NCBI RefSeq assembly: GCF_002571385.2
Contig: NW_019218372.1
Span: 89,728-153,727 of the forward strand
Length of the DNA: 64,000 nucleotides
Direction of reading: 5' to 3'
Origin: Stylophora pistillata
Lineage: Eukaryota
Shown: piece after piece, positions 9,701 to 22,718 of the stretch
Position numbering within the stretch: position 1 is the first letter of the stretch
Layout of the letters: every line of letters starts with the position of its first letter
Program-made: the position numbers and the translations under genes
The notes under the pieces: model-generated
Database searches by the model: none
What the model was told of the DNA's origin: nothing
The model's input: the letters and a program-made list of their open reading frames with translations, nothing else

Positions 9701-12700
9701 TAAAGTTTTTCATTCATTCATTCATTCATTCATTTCATTCATTCAAGTAAGTAAGTAAACGAATAAATGGTAGGAGATGTACGGTGGCCAATTAGGGACA
9801 GCGCTACAAACTAAAAAAAAACCCAAAGTACAAAAATATACTACTGCAAACTAAATCAAATATACTACGAATAAAATTAAACTATTAACGTCAGTGAAAA
9901 ATCAAATGCACTTCTACACAATAAAGTGAAGCGCTACACACCGAATTAAAAAAAGTTAACCGCACACTGCAAATGAAAGCACAACGCACACCCCAAATCA
10001 AGGGAAAAAAAAACTCACTGCAAACAAAAAGCTAAGGCACGCCGCAAATGAAAGGGACTTAATCTATGCGTGCGCATTTGCGCGTCAAGGCCTGAGACCG
10101 AGTCGCAAGCGCGCTTTTTTATCAAATCAAAACAAAATGGCGTCCATCATACATACATACATACATACATAAACTTTATTATCCTCGGATTTTAGATTAG
10201 CTTATAAGCTAGTATCTCCGATCCTAATTACTACTTTAAAATTACAGCAAGAACAGGTTAAAAGATGAAAATAATTCATAATATAATAATATAATATTCG
10301 TTAATATAATAATGTGATATAAATGTAATATTAACAGAAATTGTGCGCTGACAGTTTGCTCTTAAATTCGCTATAGTCTACAGTTTTTCTAAAGTGGCCA
10401 GGGAGGGAGTTCCAATACTTAACAGATGAATAGCTAAAAGAATTTAGACCGCATGTGGTTGTAAACGGCTTAGGAAGTGATAAAATATTCGTGCCCCTTA
10501 GGGAGTAAGCAGTAGATCTTAGCTTGATTAGTTGTTTCAGATAGCACGGATATTTACCAAGATGGAGACAGTTGAATATACAAATCATCATATTTTGTAT
10601 CCTCCTGTTGGCTAAACCACACACACCTGCCTTGTCTAAAAGATCATCGTAGTTCGAGTCCCAGTCCTTTAAAACAAATCTTAAAATACGTCTATTTAAG
10701 GTGTCCAGTTTAACAGAGTCCTCTGAGTTACAAAAGTGCCATATCATTGAACAGTAGTGAAAATGTGGTAACATAAACGTTTTATAAAGGCGAAGCATAA
10801 TTTCGGTAGAAATAAGTTTGCCAAATCTTTTGAGGACACTGAACTGATTATTTATTTTTTTACATACAGAGGATATGTGTTCCTTGAAGTTAAGTTCATT
10901 ATCAAGAATTATTCCAAAAAGTGTTAGGCATCTTGTGGTTGAGAAGGAGAAAGGGTAATCGGTTTTGCCAAGAACCATCCCTTGGTGTTTAGCGGGGTTG
11001 GCTTTCATCCCATTGTCTTCGAACCATTTGTTTGCTATTTGTACATCATGATTGATCCGCTGTTCCAAGGCTACTGGGTCTACGTCAGATGTGTGCAGTT
11101 GGCAGTCATCAGCATATGTGTTTAGTTTTACAGACTTTATGTGAAAGTTGAGGTCATTGAGGAACATGTTGAAAAACATGGCTCCCAGGACGCTGCCTTG
11201 GGGCACACCACGCTTCACGCTCATCCAATCCGAATAAGTATCGCCAATTTTCACTCGTTGGCAGAATCTTTTACCAGTCGCGGTGGTATTCTGTCATGAC
11301 CACCGGTTTTGCGGGAGTTGATTTTGAGTAACAACGCTTCGACGTCCATCGAAGACTTGAGCATCTCGAGCGAATACGAAACGGCTGACACAACTTTAAA
11401 CGACGACTTACCTCGTGGGTCTGAGCGAGATTTAATTGAATATTACTTTTACAGAGGTCTTACGTATAGGCATATTACTCTGATGTTGGTAAAGCAACAT
11501 AGTATTTTTATGAATCAGCGAACTCTCAAGCGAAATATTATGCTGAAAGATTATGGACTTAAGAGACGTGAAACGGTAGATGAGGAGCTCAAGGAACGCG
11601 TCAGGGATCTTATTTTACAAGAAATATGCACTGATCCTGATAGCCTCAATGGCTACAGGACTATGTGGCATGTCTTACGCTTAAGACACCGGATTAATGT
11701 TCCTCGGCGATTAGTAGAGTCACTCTTAATTAGAGAGGTTGATCCTAGAGGAGTGGAACACAGAGAGAGCCGTTGTCTTCAGCGCAGAACGTATGTGTCA
11801 CCTGGACCCAACTTTTGCTGGCACATGGACGGTTACGATAAACTGAAGCCTTTTGGCTTTTCTATTCACGGCTGTGTAGACGGCTTTAGTCGTAGAATTC
11901 TTTGGCATGAGGTGCAACGATCGAACAAAAATCCAAGGTCTGTTGTAAGCTATTTTATAAAGCACGTCAAAGCAGCACATGGATGCCCAGTGCGTGTATA
12001 CACTGACCCTGGCACTGAAAATGGTCTGGTTGCTGGAATACAGTGCTATTTGAGAGGTGAGGGATTGGATGAATACGCAGGATCAAAGTCCCACAAATAC
12101 GTATCAAGCTCTAAGAATCAGCGTATTGAATGTCAATGGTCACATTACAGGAAACAACGTTTAAGTTGGTGGATCGACTTCTTTAATGACCTTCACGAGT
12201 CTGACATTCTTGATCTGACTAGTGACTTGCAGAAAGAGGCAATTTGGTTTTGTTTTGCTGATTTGCTGCAGACTGATCTGAATAAGGTAAAGGAATACTG
12301 GAACAGTCACCGGATCAGGAAGTCAAAGCATGCCATTGTATCCGGTGTTCCTGACATGATGTACTTCCTGCCAGAGGATTTTGGACACACCGACTGCTTG
12401 GTTTCAATATCGCCACACAAGTTCACAGAAATAGAAAATAGGTTTGAAGGGTTTGATGTTGAGGATGATGAGTGCAACTCAGTTTTCCATGAGTATTTTC
12501 AACATGTCATAGACAATAATGGCTTGTCCAACCCCACAAGCATTCATGAAGCTGGAGTCCTTTTGAGAAGCTTACTAAGTTTGCAGAAGGTGAACTCTAA
12601 ATTTCTTTCCTTTTGGGAGCTAGTAAATCACTTCCACAAGGGGAGTCCTGTGTATAATGGCAGGAGGCATTAACTGTACTTCATGCATTTCTATCACATG

Positions 12701-15700
12701 TAGCCAAACTTTAATATAATTTTCTCGCACATAGAAACAGTAAAAGGTGAGGCCAGCCTCTTGGGTGGCATATGGGTATCATTCCTCTGTCCAATTGTTA
12801 TGAAAGCAAATTGGTGTGCGTTTACTTGTGCCAATGTGTTACTTGTTTGAGATATACTGTGAATATTGAACCAAACCATCTCCAATGACAAATGTTTGTC
12901 TTCCAAAGAAACAGGCAGCTAAAATCACTTAATTTTAATAATATATTTTTTCACCCAATAGCGCTAGTTAACAGCAGTATATTTGACTGAAAATAGCTTT
13001 TACTGACATTTTTTAATGGTTTTTTGTCTCTCCAAGATGTTTTCACTGGTTACAAGTTACAGAGTTTCAACAATGTTTCTTGGTGGCACAATACGATTAA
13101 TTAATAAAGTCCCAGTTTCCTCGGTGGTGGGACTTGGCAGCCATGTTTTATTGTTTTAAAGTTGTACAAGCACTTATTAAATGAGGTCGCCAGTACAGAC
13201 TGAGTGCAGTCATCTAATAAGCTCTTCCAAAGGTCTTTTCATGTTTTATTGTAGTGTCCATGTTAAATTTAAAATCACTGAAAGTGGTCATATGAGCAAC
13301 AGGTAACTGTACCCAAAGGGCACAAGTAGAAACGGTGGGGAAGCAAATTTGGTGGTCATTGCTGCAGTGCATAAACCTTACTGTTATGGCAAAACTGTTC
13401 TTCTCAGTAGGTACAATTGGCATTGTAGTTTTTCCAGTAAGAAACTGAAAAATTTCTGTAACACCACCAGTGCTGTTGGTAGACTCGCTCACTGTGCAAT
13501 AAGAAAAAAAATATCTGTATTGGTTTAAATAGGCTCATACATGTTACTCACAGTTGTCTTCTCTTTCTTCAACATATCAGTTCTATTGAAGTAAGCCATT
13601 ACAGCTGTTTCCTGTAGTTTCCTTGTTGATCCAGGCTCTGAGTATTCAGCTGTTAATGAGTTCATCAAAAATGTAGACGTCACCTGCATACAAACGAGAC
13701 CATTTAGTCAGTCCATTAACTTTGAGGATTTAGTTGAGAAATCAATTAGCATGCACTGTAATATAGTAATTACGTATATGAGAACGATCCTTCGCAGTAA
13801 AGCACTATTTGAGCAATAGTGAAAATCAGACCTGAAAAAAATTTCAGGCCTGTACGGGATTCGAACCACTGACCTCTGCGATACTAGTGCAGCGCTCTAC
13901 CAATTGAGCTAACAAGCCAACTGGGAGCAGGCCATCAAATTAATTCGATATAAACCCGTAGATGATAAATCAAACAACAACAAACATATGAAACATATGT
14001 GTGAACTGTATACGTCTCATAACCGCATTTCACACATATGTTTCATATGTTTGTTGTTGTTTAATATAGTAATTAATTTAAACACAGAAATTAAACATTG
14101 TGACTCTTTTTCACCAAAGACTCGCACATCAATTAACTGAAATGCTTTTCTCATGGCAAACCTTTCTCATCTTAGAGAGAAACATACAAAGCAGAAATGA
14201 TGAAAGGAAGGATTGAACCAGGAATGTCGGAAAAGTTTACAAGGGTACTAAATGATAAGGCACATATTATCCGGAAAACTCTTACAGTATAATCCTCTCC
14301 TGGCACAAAGAGTTTCTCCATGAGTGATGGGTATTCTTCCATCATGGCCAGGCACCCGTGCAGCCTAAGTCCTTCCCTCATTTGGTCTAGTTCAGCTTTC
14401 ACCCTCATAATTGTGTTTTGAAGTGTTATAATCCTGAAAAGAGAAAAAAATATCATCCCTAGATGTGGTAAGTCTTGCGGTTAGTTGAGTAAGAACAGTT
14501 AGATCATCAGCATTTAGTTTCATATACATGTCAGATCATTGAATTAAAGCATACATGTTATCATTATATCCAATGCTCTTCAAGATTCCCCTCACTGGTT
14601 GCATCTTGGTATTGATCCCATAATGTAACACAGACAAAATGTTCTATATAATTATAGATTAATCCATGCAAAAACTTGAGGAAAGTTTGGGACAATCATA
14701 ACTTTTAGCCACAGCAAATCAAAGCTGACAAAAGACACAAAATGCAACAGCTCTAAACAACACAACAATAAAACACATCTTGGGATACTGTACTGGTCTG
14801 TACCTTACAATAGTGTCTTTTTTCTCTAAGGAAATTGTGGATGTAAAGCCAGTATTCATTATCACATCCATGTTTGTGTCTTCTTGGAAAATGGCTTGCA
14901 GTTCCTCTTTACTGTTCACTTCTTTTACCTGGTGACATAATTATCATTCTCAGAATTGGTTTAATACATGTATTTAAGGAGGTTCAAAACAGTTTTCAGT
15001 ACTTTCTAGCTCTTATACTCTGAAGGGTCAGTGCTATAAGCATTAATGTTATCAGTCTTGCTTGGAGATTCTTTTGCTAAATCATAAGGTGATATAAAGG
15101 CATATAACAATAATTATTGCTATCCTCATTGAAATGATCAATTGAAATGTGGAACTTTCTTGTTCAGTTATTACAAGACATATTATTACCCTTTTCACTA
15201 AAGTCCTGATGTCTGGATTAGCAATGTCATCATCTATTAGTGATATGGCTGTGACATCGGGAGTACACAGATAGTGGTATACCCAGTTGGCTAAAAAGGC
15301 AAGCGGTGGACCCTCCTGGAGAATTGACATAACCATAACTTGCCCAACAACTTTGAAGGAGCCATTCTCCACAGCCTCAACATGAGGTGCAGGTGACAGA
15401 CCACTAAGTTGAATGCCCTCAAATAGGTTGGTCTGAATTCCACTTATAAATGCTGCAGAAGACAATGTTAAAAAAGATTTGAGGGGAATAGATTTCAAAT
15501 CATGGGAGTTGTACACTTATAAAGGGAAGAGATGTAATTTTTTCAGTCCTATTTGTATCTTTACAATAACTGAGTTGCGGCCATTCATAATGAGTTTTCC
15601 CTTATGTTACACTGACCAGAAAACAACCTTCACTGGCCTGTCACTGTCAATGGCAATAATAATAAACTGCAACTATGATTACAATAATGCTTTTCATGCA

Positions 15701-17744
15701 AAAGTACTTTCAGCTAGTCACTTCCAATGCAACCTGGAGCAGTACATCATTATTAGTAGATCATTCGTGTTGAAAAGGTTAGGAAAGACTTTCAGGTACA
15801 GCTGTAGCCCATTTCATAGAAGTTTCTGTTTATCAAAAGATGGTAGGGGGTGGCACCCTCCCTAAAGTTCTTGGACATCCACATATCAGATCCTGGTTTA
15901 GAGCCTGATATCTTACCAGATAAAAACTCCTCTCGGAGCCCTCCAGTGTCTATCCCTGACTCTCCAAAGAACTGCACTGTCAAGAGGCCCAACAAACTTT
16001 TTTTTCCGTCATAGCTGCCTAATGCCATCCACCAAAAGATCCTGCCTGCTTACTCTAACTTCACATTGCTCATGCTGCTTTACTCTCTTGTACAGCATGC
16101 TTAAGATATCATCAAGGCTGAGGGAAAAAAATTGCACAAAATGTTATTCTGATGTAATTTGCTTAATTTACTCAGATCAGTATCACAAGGTAACTGAGCT
16201 GATTAAAAATAATTTGTAACTTCACAAGGTTGGTTGGCACTTAAGTTTGAGAATGGAAGAAAAGAAATGATACAAATAAAGCGGAAGAAGTAAGAGAATG
16301 TCTTAATTCATAAAAAAAGACTTTGAGAAATCCTGGGAGGGGTAAAGACATTTTCTGGAACCATGCAAATGAACGTCCAAGGTTCAATATGTTTGTTCTC
16401 ACAGGTGAGGTGGTATCTCAACTCCCCTCCCTTTCTCCTGGTTTGGATTACATACCTACAAATGCCATCAATTGGTTCTATGTTTGAGTCAGCTGTTAAA
16501 AGTTTTTCAGCAGCTTCGTTCCTTGAGCTGGTATTTTCAAGGGCTTGGGCAATTTCTTCCTCAGAGTTACTTGGGAAGGTTTCTTTTAAAGCTTCTATAT
16601 CACTTGCTTCTATAGCAAAATCATTTAAATAGCATTGTCACATCAACTCAGGGCTGTATGTTTGATCACTTCAGGTTATCATTGCTAGTTCTTGGATTTT
16701 ATCCACCTTATTCAACATCCCGTTGCTCCTGGCAGTCGGCCTTGATGAGAGAGCAAACAAGTGCGCACAGCTCTTCCCAAAAGAGTGGATGGCAAAGGCG
16801 ACGAGCTGGTCGTGGTTTCTTCTTCCAGCGTTTTCCACTGCTTTGATGGCCTTTCTGTACTGTAGAGTCGTGTACAACTTGTGGATCAAGGGTAAAGACC
16901 AAGATCAGCTGACGCAGCAGCAAATGGTAACAGTTAAATAAATCATATATTTTGACCTGCAGATGATATCAGTGAAGTAGAGAAACGATGTTTCCAAGTA
17001 AGCTGCATTTACAAGAGTTAGAGACAAAGAAGCCTAAAGATATCCAGGCTTCGACGCAATTCGAACCGGTGCTTTCCAGATGCCAGCTGGTCATTTTTAC
17101 CAACTGAGCTACAAAGCCAAATGTTGGCGGCTTAGCAAATTTAAGTAGTTAATATACCTGCAGCAATAGCAGTCTGAGAAGCTTTACCTCATGTCGTTAG
17201 CCACGTGGCGAGTTTGTATAGCTTCCACAAAATGAAGCAGATTTCACCCCAACATCTCCACTTTGTTACCCTTTTCCCCTTTTACTTTCACTTTAATTTT
17301 CCTCTTTTGTTTGGGTTAAGAAGAAGGGAAGGACGATATGAATTTTGCACATCTACGACCGTACACATGTTTATTGAACAATGTTATCTCTCGCGTCGGA
17401 AATGTGTAACCAAATTATCTTTGTTTTATTTACAGGTTGTGATAAGAGTGAGAAAGCGGGTCACTTTGATGGTGGTTACTGTCAGTGCTATATTTGGCAT
17501 ATGTTGGTGCACAGCTGGTACCATTTACATTGTGTCGTACACTGCCTATGCATCCGTGGACTATAACACGGCCGTTTTGCCTATTTCTTTCCTAACCGTT
17601 ATGTTCAACTCTACCGTCAACCCGTTTACCTACGCTCTGTTAAACCAACAATTCAGAAGCAAGATGAAGATGATAATCTTTCCTGCTTGTTTCTCCTTAT
17701 CCACGGTCCAACCTAGTGTCGGCGGAGAGTCAGGCAGTACCTAG
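6763..17744 (+). CDS. Class A (rhodopsin-family) peptide-receptor-like GPCR, copy A, intact; exons 6763-6875, 6969-7239, 16675-16926, 17436-17744 (314 aa)
   Basis: GNSLV (TM1), NLAVAD (TM2), CK..., IAFERY (TM3), W in TM4, F..CW (TM6), NSTVNPFTY (TM7); exons sum to 945 nt with GT-AG junctions. Confidence 0.88.
7659..9744 (+). mobile_element. 5'-truncated, degenerate CR1/L2-type LINE (reverse transcriptase)
   Basis: RT motifs NYRPI, LSKAFD, GCPQGS, YADD across frameshifts and stops; (CATT)n tail 9711-9744; 14-bp TSD aagtaagtaagtaa at 7645-7658 and 9745-9758. Confidence 0.92.
10147..11262 (-). mobile_element. 5'-truncated CR1/L2-type LINE nested in the DDE transposon
   Basis: ORF 10331-11254 with GVPQGSVLG and YADD; AATAAA plus (TATG)n tail at 10147-10180 on the minus strand. 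Confidence 0.92.
11309..12673 (+). pseudogene. Integrase-core (IS3/IS481-like) DDE transposase, N-terminus interrupted and C-terminus frameshifted
   Basis: GYRTMW, DPRGV..R, Y..PGPN..WHMDGYDKLKPFGF.IHG..DGFSR, YTDPGTEN, NQRIE; catalytic D, D, E present; probable -1 frameshift near 12560; likely original ATG at 10137 separated by the LINE. Confidence 0.85.
13214..16674 (-). pseudogene. G2E3-like HECT E3 ubiquitin ligase with CUE-like domain; approximate exons 16456-16674, 15919-16117, 15190-15455, 14807-14927, 14286-14432, 13552-13683, 13214-13455
   Basis: VQFFGESGIDTGGLREEF, VGQVMVMSILQEGP, LDQMREGL, FQFLTG, FPTVSTC..LP (catalytic Cys); IEALKETFP..EEEIAQALE..NEAAEKLL (CUE-like); in-frame TGA and frameshift near 16000-16012. 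Confidence 0.8.
13773..14061 (-). mobile_element. tRNA-derived repeat copy with inverted end, nested in a HECT intron
   Basis: Homologous to 4346-4548; TSD taatatagtaatta at 13759-13772 and 14062-14075; inverted segment 13973-14005 / 14029-14061. Confidence 0.85.
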
Positions 17745-17824
17745 ACCACGACAACGCAATCTGGGGCTTTGCGTCATTTCTTGTCAACGGCGTTTTAAAA
17801 ACATGATACCCTTAGTGACCACAC

Positions 17825-18280
17825 TGTCATTGCACTTCCCTCTAAATTCCATTTTAAGTATCCAAACTTTTGAAGAGTCAGTCAAGCTCAGTACAAAAGT
17901 CATTGTTTCTTTTTTAGATCTACACGCAACCTTTATGCACTTATTGAAACACCCTGCCGATCCATCAAATTCTGATCTTACACTAGGGTCCGGCATCTTT
18001 TCAACGATCCCTCAGAATCGAATATGCCAAGATGCTGATTGTCGAGTACTTTTGCCCATGTGTCTTGTGGTTGCCCATCGATACCACATATGCACACTTT
18101 CGCATGCGTGCAATGCGCGCCGCTGACTACATAAATAATTTGCTCGCGGAAGTTGGTCATCAAGACGGGAAATTTCGTGAGTGTACACATCAGCCGTATT
18201 AATATTTAAGGTTCCCAGCCTAACTGCATTGAGGCTTCACACTCACATCTTAAAATTATTGTTACTGCAGCCACCAGGGC
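17825..18280 (+). pseudogene. Degenerate DUF229 3' fragment (duplicate of 3620-4291)
   Basis: Aligns to the last DUF229 exon with frameshifts and a ~215-bp internal deletion (equivalent to ~3953-4167). Confidence 0.9.
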
Positions 18281-18890
18281 CGGCTGAGAGCTTGTCTTCC
18301 TACATGTAATAATTATTGTAGCTTACGTTTGACAAGCTTCTCACTCTTGATTTGTTTTGTTATGCAGCAAAAGAGATGTAAAGCGCCGAGAAACCATTGT
18401 TATATCAGAATATAAAGAGACCGTTTCGCGTAAAAATACAGTTTGAACCGATTACAGATGCCACGTGTATTTCATTGATGCTTACATTCGCAGTAGCGTT
18501 AACCATCAAAAACAGAATTGCGATAAATTGTTTCAAAACAATTAAATAGATCGATAAACATCACTCCTTCGGAAGAAATTAAGGAAAAAAGCTAGTTCTC
18601 CGATCCAAACACCTGTTTTATCAAAATGAACATTACAATGTAATTAATACCGATTGAACGTCATTCCTTTGGCGCAGAAAGACACGCATCAATTTTAAAG
18701 TAGAATACAAAATGAGAGGCCAAGTTTCAGTTAGCAGGTTAATTTAGATAGATGAGAAATCACTTCTAAAAGAAAGCTTACCAGTATTTAGTGTGAGCTT
18801 TTGTTTTAATGTACTGCACACGTGCATTTTTCACACTTATTTTGACAGATTTAACAAGTTTCGGTAATTTTCAAGTTGACTATTATGTCG

Positions 18891-19218
18891 CATTATTACA
18901 CGACTTGGGAAGTCAGAGGGCCAATAACTAAAATCAACCAATCAAAATGCTCTATTGCCGGACAATATTCTCTCAGTATTGGACCGGGCACTGTCCCGAA
19001 TGGTCCTGAATGGTCCCGAATGATACCGCACTTGTGTCCCTTTGAACCTCAGTCGTGTAATAAATCTCTTATTAACCAAGCTTGCTCGGGACCGTGCTGG
19101 AAGAATATCGGCCCTCGGTCTTTTTTATACGGACCTCGCTGCGCTCGGTCCGTACTGTCAAGACCTCGGGCCGATATTCTCCCAGTACGGCCCTCGCGCT
19201 TGGTTAATAAGATATATG
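18891..19218. mobile_element. Non-autonomous hairpin element
   Basis: Absent at the paralogous site (~5415); IR pair ttattacacgact (18893-18905) / agtcgtgtaataa (19051-19063) followed by ~150-bp hairpin 19065-19215. Confidence 0.85.
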
Positions 19219-20845
19219 TAGTAGCTAAGTATTGATGATATTACTACTTTTAATCTCCCAATATTTGGATGGAACACCTGCAGTGAAAATAATGTGACGT
19301 ACTAAGAAAAGCCGCTTAACTCAATGTTCATTACCCATTCAGTAGCAAACTGTCCTTTTAGGTAAGTAACCTCTTCGAAGTAATTTCTCTGTGACACTGA
19401 AAGTTTGTCTGGGTTTATCTGCCATTAGCCACAGGTAAGGAAAGTTTCTCTCTTGATTATTGGTCAACATGACTTCATTATTTATTTCTTTTCCATCACC
19501 AGAATACACTTAAAATTGCGTTGTCTGAGTATTGATCCTCTAAGAAAATACATGGAGGGCGTTTTTCATCATTTAATGGAATACTAAGCCTTTTTCGAAT
19601 TCGCTGAGTATCTAATTTGTAATCAAACTTTTCCGAAGATAAATTTGAAGTTTTTTCCGACATAAAGCATCCCAATTTCGGTTTAGTTTTACCCATTTGT
19701 ACTGTTGCAGTTGACGGATGCAAATGAGTCAAAGATCACAGCAGATGCGAATTCAGCTTCAGTTTTCTACTCGTACAAAACAGATCGAAAAAATTCAACA
19801 TTTGTCTGCTTTTCTGTAAGATTTCTTTATCTTTGATCCCGAATCCGGTTGGTTTGCAAATTTTGTACTGTTGCATTTTGAGACAAACATACTAAGTATG
19901 TAAATGAGTCTAAGATCTGGCAGGGGCGAAGTCAATCATCCTTCATTAGTTATTCCTTTCCCATTTTTATTTCATCTTTCAACTTTTATCCTGTCATCTT
20001 TCATCTTTTACTGATCCTACGCTGTTTATCTTTCGTCCATTTTCGTTCTCCCTTTATCCTCCATCCTTCCTTGATCATTCTTTATCCTCTATCCTGCATT
20101 GTTGATCTTTTCCACAATTTTTCCAACTTCAACCTTCATCTTTCGTCCTTCATTGATCATCTTTCGTCTTTGATCTTGCATCGTTTATTTTCCTTCCGTT
20201 TTCTTCCTACTTCATCATCTTCCATCCTTTATACTTTATCCTGCATCGTTTATCCTTCCTCCATTTTTATTCCGTCTTCATCCTTCTTTGGTCATCTTTG
20301 ATCCTGCTTCATTTCTCTTTTCTCCATTTTTCTTCCTACCTCTTCCTTATAGAACCCATTATCCTCAATCCTACATCATTTACCCTTCTCATTATTTCCC
20401 TTTCTCCTTCATCCTTTATCTCTTACCCCTCCTATTTTACACGACATACTTTGTTTGCTGTTTTTTCTGTGGATTACTTTCTACTTGATAGATCGATATC
20501 TTGGACCACTTTTATGGAACAAACTGAAAAAAAAAACGTCACTGAAATTAGTAGCCTTTCTAGGTTTAAGCTTCATATTAGGCGTAAGGATCTTACTGAA
20601 CTGATAAATGGTAACAATTGTCCCGCGTGCGTAATTTGTACCTCTTAGGCTATATAATCTATAGATTATTTCTTATCATTAATTAGGTTATTCATTTACG
20701 TTGTGTCTCCAATTAGCGTCAGCTAAATACATTGACACATGAATAAAGTTTGTCATCATCATCATCATCACTTGAAATCAGTTTTGACACCGCTTCCTTA
20801 CACTTTAGCACAGGCCTTCGGACATTTGAACTTGACGCCTGAGTG

Positions 20846-22718
20846 ATGGTCGAAGCAGGGAGCATTTCGCTTTGGACCGTACTCCTGGCATTAATCGTAA
20901 TTAATATTGTGGGAAACTCCCTTGTTTGCTGGATTATAAAGAAAAATTAAGAGATGAGGTACAGTAGTGTCGTTATTAACAAGACTGATCTGAGATTTCT
21001 TCTTGGTTTTGGCCTGATGTTCCTTTTCTTATGGCCACATTCATTCCACAGGACCCATTTGAATTACTTAATCGTCAACCTAGCTGTAGCAGACATGATG
21101 TACGCAGTTTTTATGGCACCAGTGTTCCTTGTCAAGATTGCTGGTGTCCATCCGGATGGGATAGGTGGCTTAGTTCTATGCAAACTTGTGACAGGAGGAA
21201 ATTTGTCATGGTTTGGAGCTGCTTCCTCGATTGTCACACTCGTTGCCATCGCCTTTGAACGATACAATGCCGTGTTATATCCATTCAACAACATAGGAGC
21301 ATTTACCAAGTTTAAATTGAAGGTATGTAATTGCATCTTTAGAAGTTATGGTTAATTAAGGAAGGAAGTCCAGACATCCTTTCTAGCAGACTGTTCTATA
21401 GGCAAGCCACTTTTGTCTTTCCAATTTTTTTTCTTAGTAATATAATGTCGTGTGTTCTTAAAACAACCCATTTTGTCGAGAGAATCGGGAAAACCACTTC
21501 TCATGCGATGGACACTATGCGCATAGTATGACATCTGTGATGTTGCATGAATGTTTTTGGGCCCTCAAACATAAGCATGTGTAGACTTTCAGTCAAGAGC
21601 TCATACGTTTGAAATGTAAGACGTTCTTGAGCGTATTATTGTTGATTACTAACCTAGGCTCTATGGGAGAAGTTTGAGGCTTAATTTTATAGTAGAAGGA
21701 ATGATAAAGGCCGTTCATGAAATTTTTCTGTATCGGACTTTTGAATTGCGTGGCAATAAAAAGATGTTTTCCTTAAGAGGCAACGCCACACACTACATTT
21801 CGATATGCAAAACCCGCTAAATGAGCTTAAGTAAGTAAACGAATAACTAATAGAAGATACATTTTGATAGATGCAACTACACGAATTAAAGTAACCTTGT
21901 TGCACGTATTTGCAAACAGGTGATCATTGCCAGTTCTTGGATTTTTTCCACCTTATTCAACATCCCGTTGTTCCTGGCAGTCGGCCTTGATGAGAGAGCA
22001 AACAAGTGCGCACAGCTCTTCCCAAAAGAGTGGATGGCAAAGGCGACGAGCTGGTCGTGGTTTCTTCTTCCAGCTTTTTCCACTGCGCTAATGGCCTTTC
22101 TGTACTGTAGAGTCGTGTACAATTTGTGGATCAAGGATAAAGACCAAGATCAGCTGACGCAGCAGCAAATGGTAATAGTTAAATAAATCAGATATTTTGA
22201 CCTGCAAATAATATCAGTAAAGTAAAGATAGCAGTGGATCGAGTAGAAGTGGAGGGCGATCTGAGTTTTGCACATTTACGATCATAGACCTGTATATTGA
22301 ACAATGTTATCTATCGCGTCGGAAATGTGTAACCAAAATATATATTTTATTTTTATATTTACAGGTTGTGATAAGGGTGAGAAAGCGAATCGCTTTGATG
22401 GTGGTTACTGTCAGTGCTATATTTGGCATATGTTGGTGCACAGGTGGTACCATTTACATTGTGTCGTACACTGCCTATGCATCCATGGACTATAACACGG
22501 TCGTTTTACCTATTTCTTACCTAACCGTCATGTTCAACTCTGCCACCAACCCGTTTACCTACGCTCTGTTAAACCAACAATTCAGAAGCAAGATGAAGAT
22601 GATATTTTTTCCTGCTTGTTTCTTCTCATCCACGGTCCAACCCAGTGCAGTCAGGCAGTACCGAGACCACAACAGCGCATCGTGTCACCGGTGTGGTCAC
22701 CAAGGCTATCATGTTTAA
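20846..22718 (+). pseudogene. GPCR copy B with premature TAA at 20948-20950; exons 20846-20958, 21052-21322, 21920-22171, 22365-22718
   Basis: AAT AAA GAG in copy A is AAT TAA GAG here; remainder of the frame and splice sites are intact. Confidence 0.8.

Larger units (their letters stand above)
9780..16674 (+). mobile_element. IS3EU-like DDE DNA transposon (right end truncated) carrying a transposase and a convergent spliced HECT E3 ligase gene
   Basis: Begins TACGGTGGCC followed by CACTGCAAA-type subterminal repeats; whole block is absent from the paralogous intron in GPCR copy B; contains the integrase ORF and HECT exons. Confidence 0.7.

Noticed and set aside
11309-12673. Bacterial IS contamination or retroviral integrase
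   Set aside because: Embedded in a eukaryotic intron next to a spliced cargo gene with nested LINE/SINE insertions; no LTR, gag or linked RT
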